From the NCBI RefSeq assembly GCF_001194135.2, contig NC_068992.1, positions 3,872,410-3,936,409 on the forward strand: a stretch of 64,000 bases of DNA, in the 5' to 3' direction. The position numbers and the translations under genes were made by a program. Source of the DNA: Octopus bimaculoides. Its lineage: Eukaryota. How positions within the stretch are numbered: position 1 is the first letter of the stretch; each line of letters begins with the position of its first letter. Positions 52,138 through 64,000 of the stretch are shown one piece after another. The notes under the pieces are model-generated. The model was not told the origin of the DNA. It saw only the letters and a list, made by a program, of their open reading frames with translations, and searched no databases.

Positions 52138-53254
52138 ACACAGTAAGAAGTGTGCTTCCCAATCACATGACCCTTTCTCATTNNNNNNNNNNNNNNNNNN
52201 NNNNNNNNNNNNNNNNNNNNNNNNNNNNNNNNNNNNNNNNNNNNNNNNNNNNNNNNNNNNNNNNNNNNNNNNNNNNNNNNNNNNNNNNNNNNNNNNNNNN
52301 NNNNNNNNNNNNNNNNNNNNNNNNNNNNNNNNNNNNNNNNNNNNNNNNNNNNNNNNNNNNNNNNNNNNNNNNNNNNNNNNNNNNNNNNNNNNNNNNNNNN
52401 NNNNNNNNNNNNNNNNNNNNNNNNNNNNNNNNNNNNNNNNNNNNNNNNNNNNNNNNNNNNNNNNNNNNNNNNNNNNNNNNNNNNNNNNNNNNNNNNNNNN
52501 NNNNNNNNNNNNNNNNNNNNNNNNNNNNNNNNNNNNNNNNNNNNNNNNNNNNNNNNNNNNNNNNNNNNNNNNNNNNNNNNNNNNNNNNNNNNNNNNNNNN
52601 NNNNNNNNNNNNNNNNNNNNNNNNNNNNNNNNNNNNNNNNNNNNNNNNNNNNNNNNNNNNNNNNNNNNNNNNNNNNNNNNNNNNNNNNNNNNCTAAAAGA
52701 AGTGATTGTCATTCACTGGGCCAATTCTAGCGTATAGCTGGTACTTGAAATTCCAACAGAAAAGTAATGATCGTTGCTTCTGGTAGGACCCTATGGAAGA
52801 ATAGCATGAGGACTTTTTCACCCATAACCCACCCAGGAACATTAAAAACATTAGAAATAGACAAGAGATTCAATCAGTTATATCTTTCTCTACCTCACAA
52901 AGAATCTGTGAACTTATAAGAAATTTATCCTCACACACTCTCACTATCTCTCTTTTTATATCTCCCCGCTAGCGATATAAACAAGCGTGCATTTTGCATC
53001 AAAAGACTATATGAGAATTTCCCTTGTGGTATCTATCGCATTGTAGTTTATTCCAACGGAATATTCACGTTTAAGTGAGGATAAATAATGCCTCCGGATA
53101 TTCATATTGACTCTGTCACTATGATATATTTCTTTAAAAAGCTTTCTGGCTAATCATAACGCGAGTGCCTCTTCTGGCACTGATTTTCTCTACATCTCTG
53201 GCAGGGAAATGAATCGCTGCTATCTGTAGCGGTCGAGCGTCCACCACCGATGCA

Positions 53255-53260
53255 GTAGTA

Positions 53261-53320
<60 letters not shown>

Positions 53321-53375
53321 CAGAAGCAGCAGCAGCAGTAGTAGTAGTAGTTGTTGTTGTTGTCGTTGTTGTGGT
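53255..53375. repeat. (TAG)n/(CAG)n/(TTG)n microsatellite
   Basis: Directly visible. Confidence 0.95.
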
Positions 53376-54189
53376 ATTTGATATCTGCAGGTGCACAGTA
53401 CTTTAACTCGCTGACTAAAATGAATATTTAACAGCAGCTAATAATATAAAGTAGTTCTATATTAGGTTTATATAAATTGAAACGCTACCTTTCGTCACTC
53501 TACTATTGTTAATATAATTACATATAATATATATACTTATTATAAACGCTGAAATTGTGTCCAAGCAAAGCTACTGTATGTGATTAATAATGTATTCTCA
53601 ATTGAGATGGTAATGAGAAAGTGCGATATTCAGAATTGCTTTATGTCTTTTTATCTAGCGAACATTAACTCTAACCTAACCGAGCATTTACATAATGTCA
53701 AACTGCGATTTTGAGAGTGGCTTATTTAGTTAGTTTTTCTTCATATCAAAGGAAAGCCAATGAACTGTTTAGAAATATTTTGCTGGATAGGTACACGAGC
53801 ATTTCAGATTTTCATAAATGAGAAATGAAACTCAGAATTGCATAAGATATGTCATCATAAAAATGACGACCTCCACTACCACCACCTCTCTAATCACCAC
53901 CACTGCTGCAACCACCACTGCCACCACCATCACCTACACAGACACCAGCACCAGCACCAGCACCACAGATTCGGAGAGGAAACAGATTGATAAGAACAGA
54001 AGAAGAATAGTGAAGGGAATAATAGAAGCGAGCCAGTGATCGCTGGAAGCTGGTTGTTGGTGAAAGGGTTGAATAGGGAAAAGTAAGAGAAACATGATGG
54101 AGTAGCAATAAAGAGAAACAGAGTGAAGCAAGCAATGGAGATGGGTGGTAGTGAGAGGGTGAATGTCAAAGAAGATTCATATAGAAGAA

Positions 54190-54224
<35 letters not shown>

Positions 54225-54443
54225 CAGAGAGAGAGAGACAGAGAGAAAACTAAAGTGAGTCTACAAATTTGTGTTTGGGTGAGAGAAAATTTCCCCAAGA
54301 CACCTAATGAAGGGTGGAGGGTAGATCAGCCGAAAAGTTGTGTTAGCAACAAACGAAATATCCGTCAAATGTTAATAATGTAAATAATGTCCATAATCCC
54401 TCATCTTTTAAATATAGAACAGAATACCTTTTACATCACAAAA

Positions 54444-55004
54444 TCCTTCTCTGCAGATGAAGCGACCTTGACTGTCTTTGGAGCTAGTGAGGAGGGGTGT
54501 TTCCATTGCTTGGATTGTCAGTTTGTCTGTGGCTCAAAGTGGTGAAGCTAACATACCTCGTGGATTAGGAAACTTTCAAGGAAACCAGCTGGATCTGCCT
54601 GAATTGATGTCTTCCGACCCCTGATTAGGCTTCTGCGTCTTTGATCAGGTGTTAGAAGACACTGCACAATACAAATAGAAACATTCACTATGCCAAATTC
54701 ATTGAGCAGAATATTCTCAACTCTCACACGAGATATGACAATGGCATTGGCTATTTGATTTATAATCAACTGCCTGTCATCCATCAACATGTGCTGAACA
54801 CGATCAATGCTTTCCTCGAGGGTGGCAGTTGCAAAACGTGCAGATCCTGGGTCATTTTCAAGACTCTCCCTTCCCCTCCTAAATATAGCTGCCCTATTGA
54901 TAGGACACTGTTGATAGAGCTGGACATCATCTCCTAATGTAGTAAACATGAATGTCTTTGGGGGCTAAACCCTCTTCTTGTAGATACGATGCCAAATTTT
55001 GTCC
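54444..55004 (-). pseudogene. Mariner transposase pseudogene (irritans/Hsmar2-like motifs)
   Basis: DKIWHR..GLAPKDIH..FRRGRESLENDP..IDRVQHMLMDDRQLIINQIA..LLTPDQR..FL..HEVC.LHHFEPQT..QSKQWKHPSS.APK..KV.SSAEK. Confidence 0.9.
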
Positions 55005-55830
55005 TTTTTCAAGAGAAGTCGTTACTAATTACTTTTAAAGTGTTCTTTGAACAGTCAGATTTCATTTTATTTAGAAAGCAGTTATTGGTTTCAAATTTAG
55101 GAACAAGGCCGAAATTTTGTGGTAAGAGGGCAAGTCGATTGGATCGACTCCAGTGCTCAACTGGTACTTATTCTATCGACCCCAAAAGGATGAAAAACAA
55201 CGTCGACCTCGGTAGAATTTGAACTCAAAACGTAAAGTTGGACGAAAATGCCGCAAATAATTTTGCTCAGTGTGCTACCGATTGTGCCAAGCTGCCGCTT
55301 TAAAGCAATTCAGTTATTAGTGCAAGTGGAAGATCATGCATACAGGATTTCACAGCTCTAGCATCACTCCTTCATAGTCAGCCTATGAACTTTTCATTCC
55401 AGCCTCATAACTATTCTGTTAATTCTCAAACGTCCTTGAAACGTGAAGAGATAACAAAAGAAGAAACAAATACAATTTTAAAATAAAGTAATATTCTTCA
55501 TTTACTTTTCTGTTAGCTTTCTGTCTAATTGTCCTACTTTCTCAGTTTCTGTTTCTGCAACTATTATTGTCTCGTGAGATCTTTTTTAGATTAGTCACTT
55601 TTTTTTTTTTGTCTTTTTGGTAATTCATTCCTCTGCAAGAGATTACTTTAAATGACACTTGTTATTTATGTGTATATCTATGACACAGATAATTCCCTTT
55701 GATCTTCGCTAGATTATCACATCACGCAATCTCTCTCCCTTACTTAATACACCATTCTCCAGCACTGTTGAAGGCATTGCCAAGTGATTACATTACAAAG
55801 GATGTGAAGAAGAAAAAATAGTAGTAGTAA

Positions 55831-55871
<41 letters not shown>

Positions 55872-57614
55872 ATAATAGTAGTAGTAGTAGTAGTAGTTCG
55901 AGGAAGTAGGGAACGGAAAAAAATCAAAAGCTATGAAAAGTGGGTTATTATTAAATATGATGGATAAATATACATGCCTGAGAACACACACANNNNNNNN
56001 NNNNNNNNNNNNNNNNNNNNNNNNNNNNNNNNNNNNNNNNNNNNNNNNNNNNNNNNNNNNNNNNNNNNNNNNNNNNNNNNNNNNNNNNNNNNNNNNNNNN
56101 NNNNNNNNNNNNNNNNNNNNNNNNNNNNNNNNNNNNNNNNNNNNNNNNNNNNNNNNNNNNNNNNNNNNNNNNNNNNNNNNNNNNNNNNNNNNNNNNNNNN
56201 NNNNNNNNNNNNNNNNNNNNNNNNNNNNNNNNNNNNNNNNNNNNNNNNNNNNNNNNNNNNNNNNNNNNNNNNNNNNNNNNNNNNNNNNNNNNNNNNNNNN
56301 NNNNNNNNNNNNNNNNNNNNNNNNNNNNNNNNNNNNNNNNNNNNNNNNNNNNNNNNNNNNNNNNNNNNNNNNNNNNNNNNNNNNNNNNNNNNNNNNNNNN
56401 NNNNNNNNNNNNNNNNNNNNNNNNNNNNNNNNNNNNNNNNNNNNNNNNNNNNNNNNNNNNNNNNNNNNNNNNNNNNNNNNNNNNNNNNNNNNNNNNNNNN
56501 NNNNNNNNNNNNNNNNNNNNNNNNNNNNNNNNNNNNNNNNNNNNNNNNNNNNNNNNNNNNNNNNNNNNNNNNNNNNNNNNNNNNNNNNNNNNNNNNNNNN
56601 NNNNNNNNNNNNNNNNNNNNNNNNNNNNNNNNNNNNNNNNNNNNNNNNNNNNNNNTATATATATATATGTGTGTATGGATATAAATATATATATGTGTGT
56701 ATGGATATAAATATATAGATATATACATACACGGTATATATATGTGTGTGTAGATACATATGTATTTATGTATATGCATATATATATAGATGTATATAAA
56801 TAAATATATATGTATGTATATATATATGTGTGTGTGTAGATACATATGTATAATATGTATATGCGTATGTATATAGATGCATATTAATATATATATATAT
56901 AAGTATATNNNNNNNNNNNNNNNNNNNNNNNNNNNNNNNNNNNNNNNNNNNNNNNNNNNNNNNNNNNNNNNNNNNNNNNNNNNNNNNNNNNNNNNNNNNN
57001 NNNNNNNNNNNNNNNNNNNNNNNNNNNNNNNNNNNNNNNNNNNNNNNNNNNNNNNNNNNNNNNNNNNNNNNNNNNNNNNNNNNNNNNNNNNNNNNNNNNN
57101 NNNNNNNNNNNNNNNNNNNNNNNNNNNNNNNNNNNNNNNNNNNNNNNNNNNNNNNNNNNNNNNNNNNNNNNNNNNNNNNNNNNNNNNNNNNNNNNNNNNN
57201 NNNNNNNNNNNNNNNNNNNNNNNNNNNNNNNNNNNNNNNNNNNNNNNNNNNNNNNNNNNNNNNNNNNNNNNNNNNNNNNNNNNNNNNNNNNNNNNNNNNN
57301 NNNNNNNNNNNNNNNNNNNNNNNNNNNNNNNNNNNNNNNNNNNNNNNNNNNNNNNNNNNNNNNNNNNNNNNNNNNNNNNNNNNNNNNNNNNNNNNNNNNN
57401 NNNNNNNNNNNNNNNNNNNNNNNNNTATATATATATATATATATATATATATGCGAGTAAAAATAAATACAAAAAAAGGGTTTTTTTTGTATGATTGTGT
57501 ATAATATATATATATATATACGTTTATTTATATACATATGTGTGTGTATATGTATATGTATTTACCGACCCCAACCTAGCTCTCTGTTTAGTGGCTTCAA
57601 GTATTCTTATTCCC

Positions 57615-57661
<47 letters not shown>

Positions 57662-58159
57662 AATCTGTGTGTGTGTGTGTGCATGAGTGTGTGTGCGTAC
57701 GTGTGTGTATACAGATATGTATATCTAGACACACACACACGCACATGCACTCACACACGCACACAGATATCGGAAAAGACGTGTTTGTATTTAACAGTCT
57801 TTGCATATTGCATGTTCGACTGCTATTCCTCATGTGTGATTTTATAATTCATTGGATTTACCTTAAAGTCAGAAGAAAAAACGAACGTATTCCAGGAATT
57901 CGATGAATTGTTCATCGAATTCCCTCGACCTTTTCAGCAAGTGGAATAGGATTATTGTTTTCACCAGCTGTCTTTAGTAATTTTCGTCACAGACATGAAT
58001 GAAGATAATCTGCAAGTTCTCTTTGGATTTAATGCTTTCTGAAAATGGAAAGGTTTTGCACTTAAGAACTTCCTTGTTTCCAAGTGTTAGAAACGAGTCA
58101 CGATGATGTATCCAATTATAGATTTAGGATTCATTGTAAACGTTCCGACCTTTTTGTCG

Positions 58160-58275
58160 GAAGCATAACAATAATAATAATAATGATGATGATGATGATG
58201 ATGATGATGATAATAATAATGATGATGATGATGATGATGATGATGACGATGATGATGATGATAATAATAATAATA

Positions 58276-58318
<43 letters not shown>

Positions 58319-58341
58319 CGACGATGATAATAATAATGATG

Positions 58342-58407
<66 letters not shown>

Positions 58408-58450
58408 GCAACAATAATAATAATAACAATAACAGCAAAAATTATAATAA
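58160..58450. repeat. (AAT)/(GAT) compound array; likely the expanded tail of the SINE C copy at 58455
   Basis: Directly visible; abuts the 3' end of a minus-strand SINE C. Confidence 0.9.
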
Positions 58451-58584
58451 TTCTCTCTGTTAAAAACACAAGGCCTGAAATTTTGGGGGGAGTGTACTAG
58501 TCGATTACACTGACCCCAGTATTTCACTGGTCATTAGTTTATCGACCCCGAAAGGATGAAAGGCATAGTCATTTTCCTATCCAC

Positions 58585-58740
58585 TAGCCCCACCCAATCC
58601 ACACGTGCATCCAAAATGGATGTCCCTAGAAAGGTCTCAGGGCGTCTGAAGAACTCCAGCTGCCCCTCTCAGTCGGGGAGTACACTACAACCAGTCTAAA
58701 AGCACTGCCTTCCTTATCGTTCAGGCCCAGGACCACCTCC
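58585..58740 (-). pseudogene. L1/Tx1 apurinic-type endonuclease fragment
   Basis: EVVLGLNDKEGSAFRLVVVYSPT..QLEFFRRPETFLGTS..ILDARVDWVG resembles the APE VYAP..FF..GDxN region, with a deletion. Confidence 0.6.
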
Positions 58741-61700
58741 TTTTTTCTAACTAATCACTAAACCACACACACACACACTGCCCCTACTCCAATCTCTGCT
58801 CTCTTCCCCCTCTGCATCATCATCCTATTCATTATGAGTGTCATCGACGAAATGATTACCATCGTGTTAATTATCATCATCATCATCACCATCATCGTCG
58901 TCGTCGTCGTCGTGGTCGTAATGATGATCAGGTTTATCGTCATCGTTTTCGCTGTCATCATCGTTTTCCTCCTCCTCCTCGTCGTCGTCGTCGTCATCAT
59001 CATCCCATTACCCGAAACAACAACACAAAACCCTATCACAACGAGCTAACGACTCTAAACTTCACCATCACAAACGTCACCATTATCATTTTCATCATAC
59101 CCCCCCCCCCCCGCCTCTATAACCACAACGACAATTAATGCCATTACCACCTCCGATTTCCACCAGACTACAACCATTTTCGTTACAATAATCTCCAATA
59201 TCAATGTTATTACCAAACAACTATCCAATATTCAAAGCAGAACGAATTTTGACAGGCGTCCAGAAGACTTGGCCATAAATTGTCTGGTCTCAATAAAGAA
59301 AAATTAACACTTAATTGTCTAGACTTCTTAATGTACTTCGATTGTATTAGACCAAACTCGTGAATATTCTTATTGATACAATACAATAGACTTGAGTGGA
59401 ATTTAAACGCATTCTTAGTCGAATATGATACAGAGTAGCAACAGAAATTCAGATATTAATAAACCCATCAACCTTATATTGTCATTTGGCCAAAGTTAGA
59501 ATTTGGTAGAGAGAAACTGTGTAGAAGCCCAAGCTTGCTTCCCTACCACATGGTTCCGGGTTCAGTCCCACTGCGTGGCACTTTGAGCAAGTGTCTTCAC
59601 CTATAGCCGAGCAAAGATTTGCGAGAGGATTTGGTAGACGGAAACCGAAATAAGCCCGTCGTGTGTGTGTGTGAATAATTATATTCTTTTTATTTGTTCC
59701 AGTTATTTGACTGCGGCCATGATGGATCATTGCCTTTAGTCGAAGAAATCGACCTCAGGACTTATTCTTTGTAAGTCTAGTACTTGTTCTATCGGTGTCT
59801 TAAGAGGAGGGAAATAATATCCAGGCAGATCTCTACGATCTTGTATAAATGTCTCCTGCAGTTAATTCATCTGAAGATTAACAAGTTATTTAACGTGGCT
59901 GATAGTCGTGGCTTCATACTTGGAGATAATATTCATCGTATTTTCGATAAGTAGTCTCCCACTCCAAATACGCGACTTGTCGCTTCGAGTTGTGGTGTAT
60001 ATGTGTATGCATGACATACATACATACACATCTATGTATGTATGTATGTATGTATGTATGTATGTATGTATGTATGTATGTATGTATGTATGTATGTCTT
60101 CGCGTTTATGCTTGTTGTTCACCACCGCTTGGCAATTTTCTTTTACATCTCTACAAAATAGCGGTTCGGCAAAAGACCGATCGAATAAGTACCTGACTTT
60201 AAAAAAATAAATCTTGGAGGTGAGATTCGTTCTACAAAATCCTTGAAGGTGGAATCCGAGCGTAGCCGCAGTCGATTGAGTGAAACAAGTAGAAAATAAA
60301 TAAGAGATAAAATGTCGGTAAAATTCTTACATTATTAATTATAAAGGAATTAATTTTAATTACAAAGACGGAAAAAATTCAGAGTATCATTAAGTTGAAA
60401 ATTTTGTATCTTCTTAATTTAATGTTTACAAAATTTCTATTATGATAAATATTTAATTGAAATTAAATATACTGCCTAATCTATATATCTAATAGAAATT
60501 TATGTCAGTATTAATGTGTTAGTCAATATATTTTGCAATAAGTCGATCGAAAACGAAATATATATATATATATATTCCTTTTATTTTCAGATATTTTACG
60601 AAAAAAAATCCCTTTAAAGTTGAATGAGAGATGTGGTAGCAATTATACATTTAATTTACTCAGGAAACTAAAGAAAAAATAATGATAATTAATTTCGTTG
60701 GTGTCTTAAATAGTGTCTTTATACTAAACTAAATTCTAGTCAAAAATGTTTAGAGATGAAAAATTTTTTAAGAAACATAGAAATATTGAAATTAACAATA
60801 AATCAAAATTTCCGTTGCTTTAATTATTCTGATTAAAAGAAGATAAATTTAATAATACAGTTTGAAATTATACATGTTTTATTGTTCACTAAGTAAGAAG
60901 TTCTACCTGTCAGAATTGGTTGATCAACTTTACGATTTGTAACCTTAGGCTCTGAGGCTGGCAGTATAATCTATCGAAACAAAAGCAAATAAAAAATCGA
61001 TGGGCATAACACATAATACATTCAAATGAGATATTGCATTACAAGAAATATGTAATTGAAAATATATATAAATTTGTATACATACATTAATACGTATACT
61101 AAAAGCAACTTAAGATTATGTTTCATAGAATAATAATGTAATTTCCGTTCACTAAGTCTAAATTATTTGAGTGAAATATAAATAAAATTAAAATAAAATA
61201 TTGTCTTATTCCTAATCGTTTCGAATCAATAAAATGTATAATCGTAAAACACTGGCTGTTATTAAAACAACGTTAATATGTAAAACAGTTGATAATAGAT
61301 ATAATGGAGATTGTTTTAGTTGAGAATATTAAAACTAAACTGAAGCGAAAGAATACGGATCAACCTCAAGTGGTGTAATGTAGAAAAATATACATGTAAT
61401 TAAAGATTGTAATATACAGAAGAGATTACATGTTACGGATGTGTTAAATTGAGGTAGGAAAATTTTACATTAGTTTTAAAAGCGTGGTAAGTAATTGTGG
61501 ACTGTGACAATACAACAGATTTTGGAAGAATAAAACAGATTTTTTAACTTAATACCAAACTTGAGTTAAGCATATATATTTAGGCGCAGGTGTGGCTATG
61601 TAGTAAGAATTTTAGTTCCGGTTATAGACGACGGTCATTGTTTGTGCTTCGTGCTGAAATTACCGTTGGATTTACCGTTGGGTTATAGTGTTACTACTGC

Positions 61701-62024
61701 TGGTATTGTTGAACTTGTCACTATTATTTGTTGAACTGTTCTGTTTCTCGGTTACGGGAAATAGAAATTGTTACATATTTTCTGTGGCTGTTGTGGCATT
61801 GTTTATATTTTTCTTTTAAAAAATTGAACCGTTTTAGTCTTTGCAGATATTTTCGTGTGCCTCGCCCCCAGCGGGGGCGAGAATTGAACTGTTTTTGAAC
61901 TATTTTAAACTGTGTCGTACTGTTTTGAATTGTTTCTGAACTGTTGACCTCTTCTTCAGGAGAATTTAAATTATTCTATTCTTGTTTTCTCTGTTCTTTG
62001 GTTATTAATTTCAGCCGAGTATGT

Positions 62025-62387
62025 CGGTCGAAATTATCAGAGAAAAATGTACTCGAGGTGCTGGACGAATGCCCTGGGGAGATGTCGCCGGGTCTCGATT
62101 AATTCTATAAAAGTATGCCTGACTTGCTTGGGCATCTACTGGTCAGCGTTTACTCCAACTGGTAGTAGAATGGGAGAATTCCCAAGTCTGCGAGCCGGTG
62201 GTGGTGACGTTGATCAGAAAGGACCCGAGCAAGGGGGATGAGATAGGGAACTTTAGGCCCATAACTCTGCTAAACACAGAGTTAAAGATTTTGGCCAAGG
62301 TGCTAGCAAAAAGTTTGGCGTGGGTCGTGGTCGGACTTGTCGGGGAAGCGCAAACTTGCGCTATCCTGAGCAGGTCAATCCGTGATA
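62025..62387 (+). pseudogene. L1/Tx1 reverse transcriptase fragment, runs into a gap
   Basis: SPGLD..FYKSMP..VVTLIRKDPSKGDEIGNFRPITLLNTELKILAKVLAKSL..VGEAQTCAI..RSIRD. Confidence 0.9.
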
Positions 62388-62720
62388 NNNNNNNNNNNNN
62401 NNNNNNNNNNNNNNNNNNNNNNNNNNNNNNNNNNNNNNNNNNNNNNNNNNNNNNNNNNNNNNNNNNNNNNNNNNNNNNNNNNNNNNNNNNNNNNNNNNNN
62501 NNNNNNNNNNNNNNNNNNNNNNNNNNNNNNNNNNNNNNNNNNNNNNNNNNNNNNNNNNNNNNNNNNNNNNNNNNNNNNNNNNNNNNNNNNNNNNNNNNNN
62601 NNNNNNNNNNNNNNNNNNNNNNNNNNNNNNNNNNNNNNNNNNNNNNNNNNNNNNNNNNNNNNNNNNNNNNNNNNNNNNNNNNNNNNNNNNNNNNNNNNNN
62701 NNNNNNNNNNNNNNNNNNNN

Positions 62721-62786
<66 letters not shown>

Positions 62787-63495
62787 TCAATAGATCTTCT
62801 TTCAAATACCATGACCTCTACATTTATTTCCATTTACCATTTATTTCACGTGCCTTTACTTTCCCTTGTTTACCAACAACCCCTTCCGTTTTCATCCCCA
62901 ACCCTTCTACCGTCATATTATATTCCAAACCAAACAATGCACCAATTTAATCCATGAAATGTTATCATCTATGAAATATTCCTTGACAGTTCCCCTGCTA
63001 TTTTAAACATATCGTGATCTGTTCTTATCAGAAGCCATGTTTACCGCCTTCCTTATACTCATTCGTCTAATCGTGGTTGATAAGTATAAAGATGTTTCAG
63101 CTTGTCATGCATTCATAAAATTCACAAACGGATGAGACCGCTGGATAGAAGAATCAAATGCATGATACGAGTGGCATGCTATTAATATATTTGCACACCA
63201 ATACTCGTATTCATACGTACGCATATGCATTCTCATATGCATGGATACATACAGACAGACTGACTGACAGATAGATACAATTATATCATACTTATTCACA
63301 CGAAATTACGGGAATGCGGATAAATGCTTATTAAGTGATCCATATAAACATTCGCTCACGCCATTTTATCTTCTTATATACTAACAGCTTATGATCATTC
63401 AAATTCAATAGATATTGATTTAAAATTTTGGCACAAGGCCAGCAATTTCGGGGGTTGGGGGAGTTTAGTCATTTACACCGATCTCAGTGTCTTTG

Positions 63496-63900
63496 AATGT
63501 CGAAATGAGCAGCTGATAGACAGTCGACAACTGATGAAGGGTTCTTTCTCTGTATTTACTTGTCCTGTTTTCATTTTTTTCCTCGTTGTTTGCGCATTTA
63601 ACACGTTTGTTTACGTATTTCATGTTATTTGTACCATTGGTGACATCCAGTCCCCATATATTCTTTTCTTCTTTAGGCACAAGGCTCGAAATTTTTGGGG
63701 AGGGAGTCAGTCGATTACATCGACCCCAGGACGAAACTGGTACTTAATTTATCTGGTGTTTAATTAAGGATGAAAGGCAAAGTCGACGTCGGCAGAATTT
63801 GAACTCAGAACGTAAAGACAGACGAAATACCGTTAAGCATTTCGCCCGGGGTGCTTACGTATCTGCCAGCTCACCACCTGTCCTGTACCCATATATGCAT
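63496..63900 (+). mobile_element. pLTR-like unit related to 34949-35174, split by a SINE C copy (63662-63878)
   Basis: cgaaa..25 nt..ctgatgaaggg; end gtcctgtacccatatatgca resembles gtcatgtacccagttatgtaca of the 35 kb unit. Confidence 0.45.
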
Positions 63901-64000
63901 ATATATCATCATCATCATCATCATATATATATATGCCTGTTGTACCACTATTCTATGTATGTATGTATGTATGTATGTATGTATGTATGTATGTATGTAT

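Larger units (their letters stand above)
433..62720. other. About 23 assembly gaps (10 to ~880 N), most inside or beside microsatellites
   Basis: N runs visible; most are flanked by (CA)n, (TA)n or (AG)n. Confidence 0.95.

Overview
Gappy, AT-rich eukaryotic draft-genome window with about 23 N gaps, dense microsatellites and dense retroposon and transposon debris. The SINE families look like those I recall from Octopus (probably O. bimaculoides); this is inference, not a database match. I find no intact host gene, rRNA, functional tRNA or CRISPR array, and almost all long ORFs in the track are microsatellite or N-gap artefacts. All recognisable coding sequence is decayed TE: four R4/Dong-like RLE LINE 3' fragments, four L1/Tx1 fragments, CR1 and RTE fragments, a Penelope-like element (RT + GIY-YIG), three mariner fragments, a mariner MITE and a DD37D/maT-like Tc1. 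At least six SINE-like families occur. The most interesting signals are: (1) hammerhead-like core motifs in permuted (type II) order inside a directly repeated, Penelope-pLTR-like unit; (2) R4/Dong-like fragments stacked head-to-tail only in (AAT)n arrays; (3) a tRNA-like Pol III cassette bracketed by inverted repeats and followed by strong hairpins; (4) SINE dimers with a recurrent microhomology junction; (5) several long fold-backs that could form dsRNA. TE protein assignments come from manual translation and motif recognition, and boundaries are approximate unless stated.
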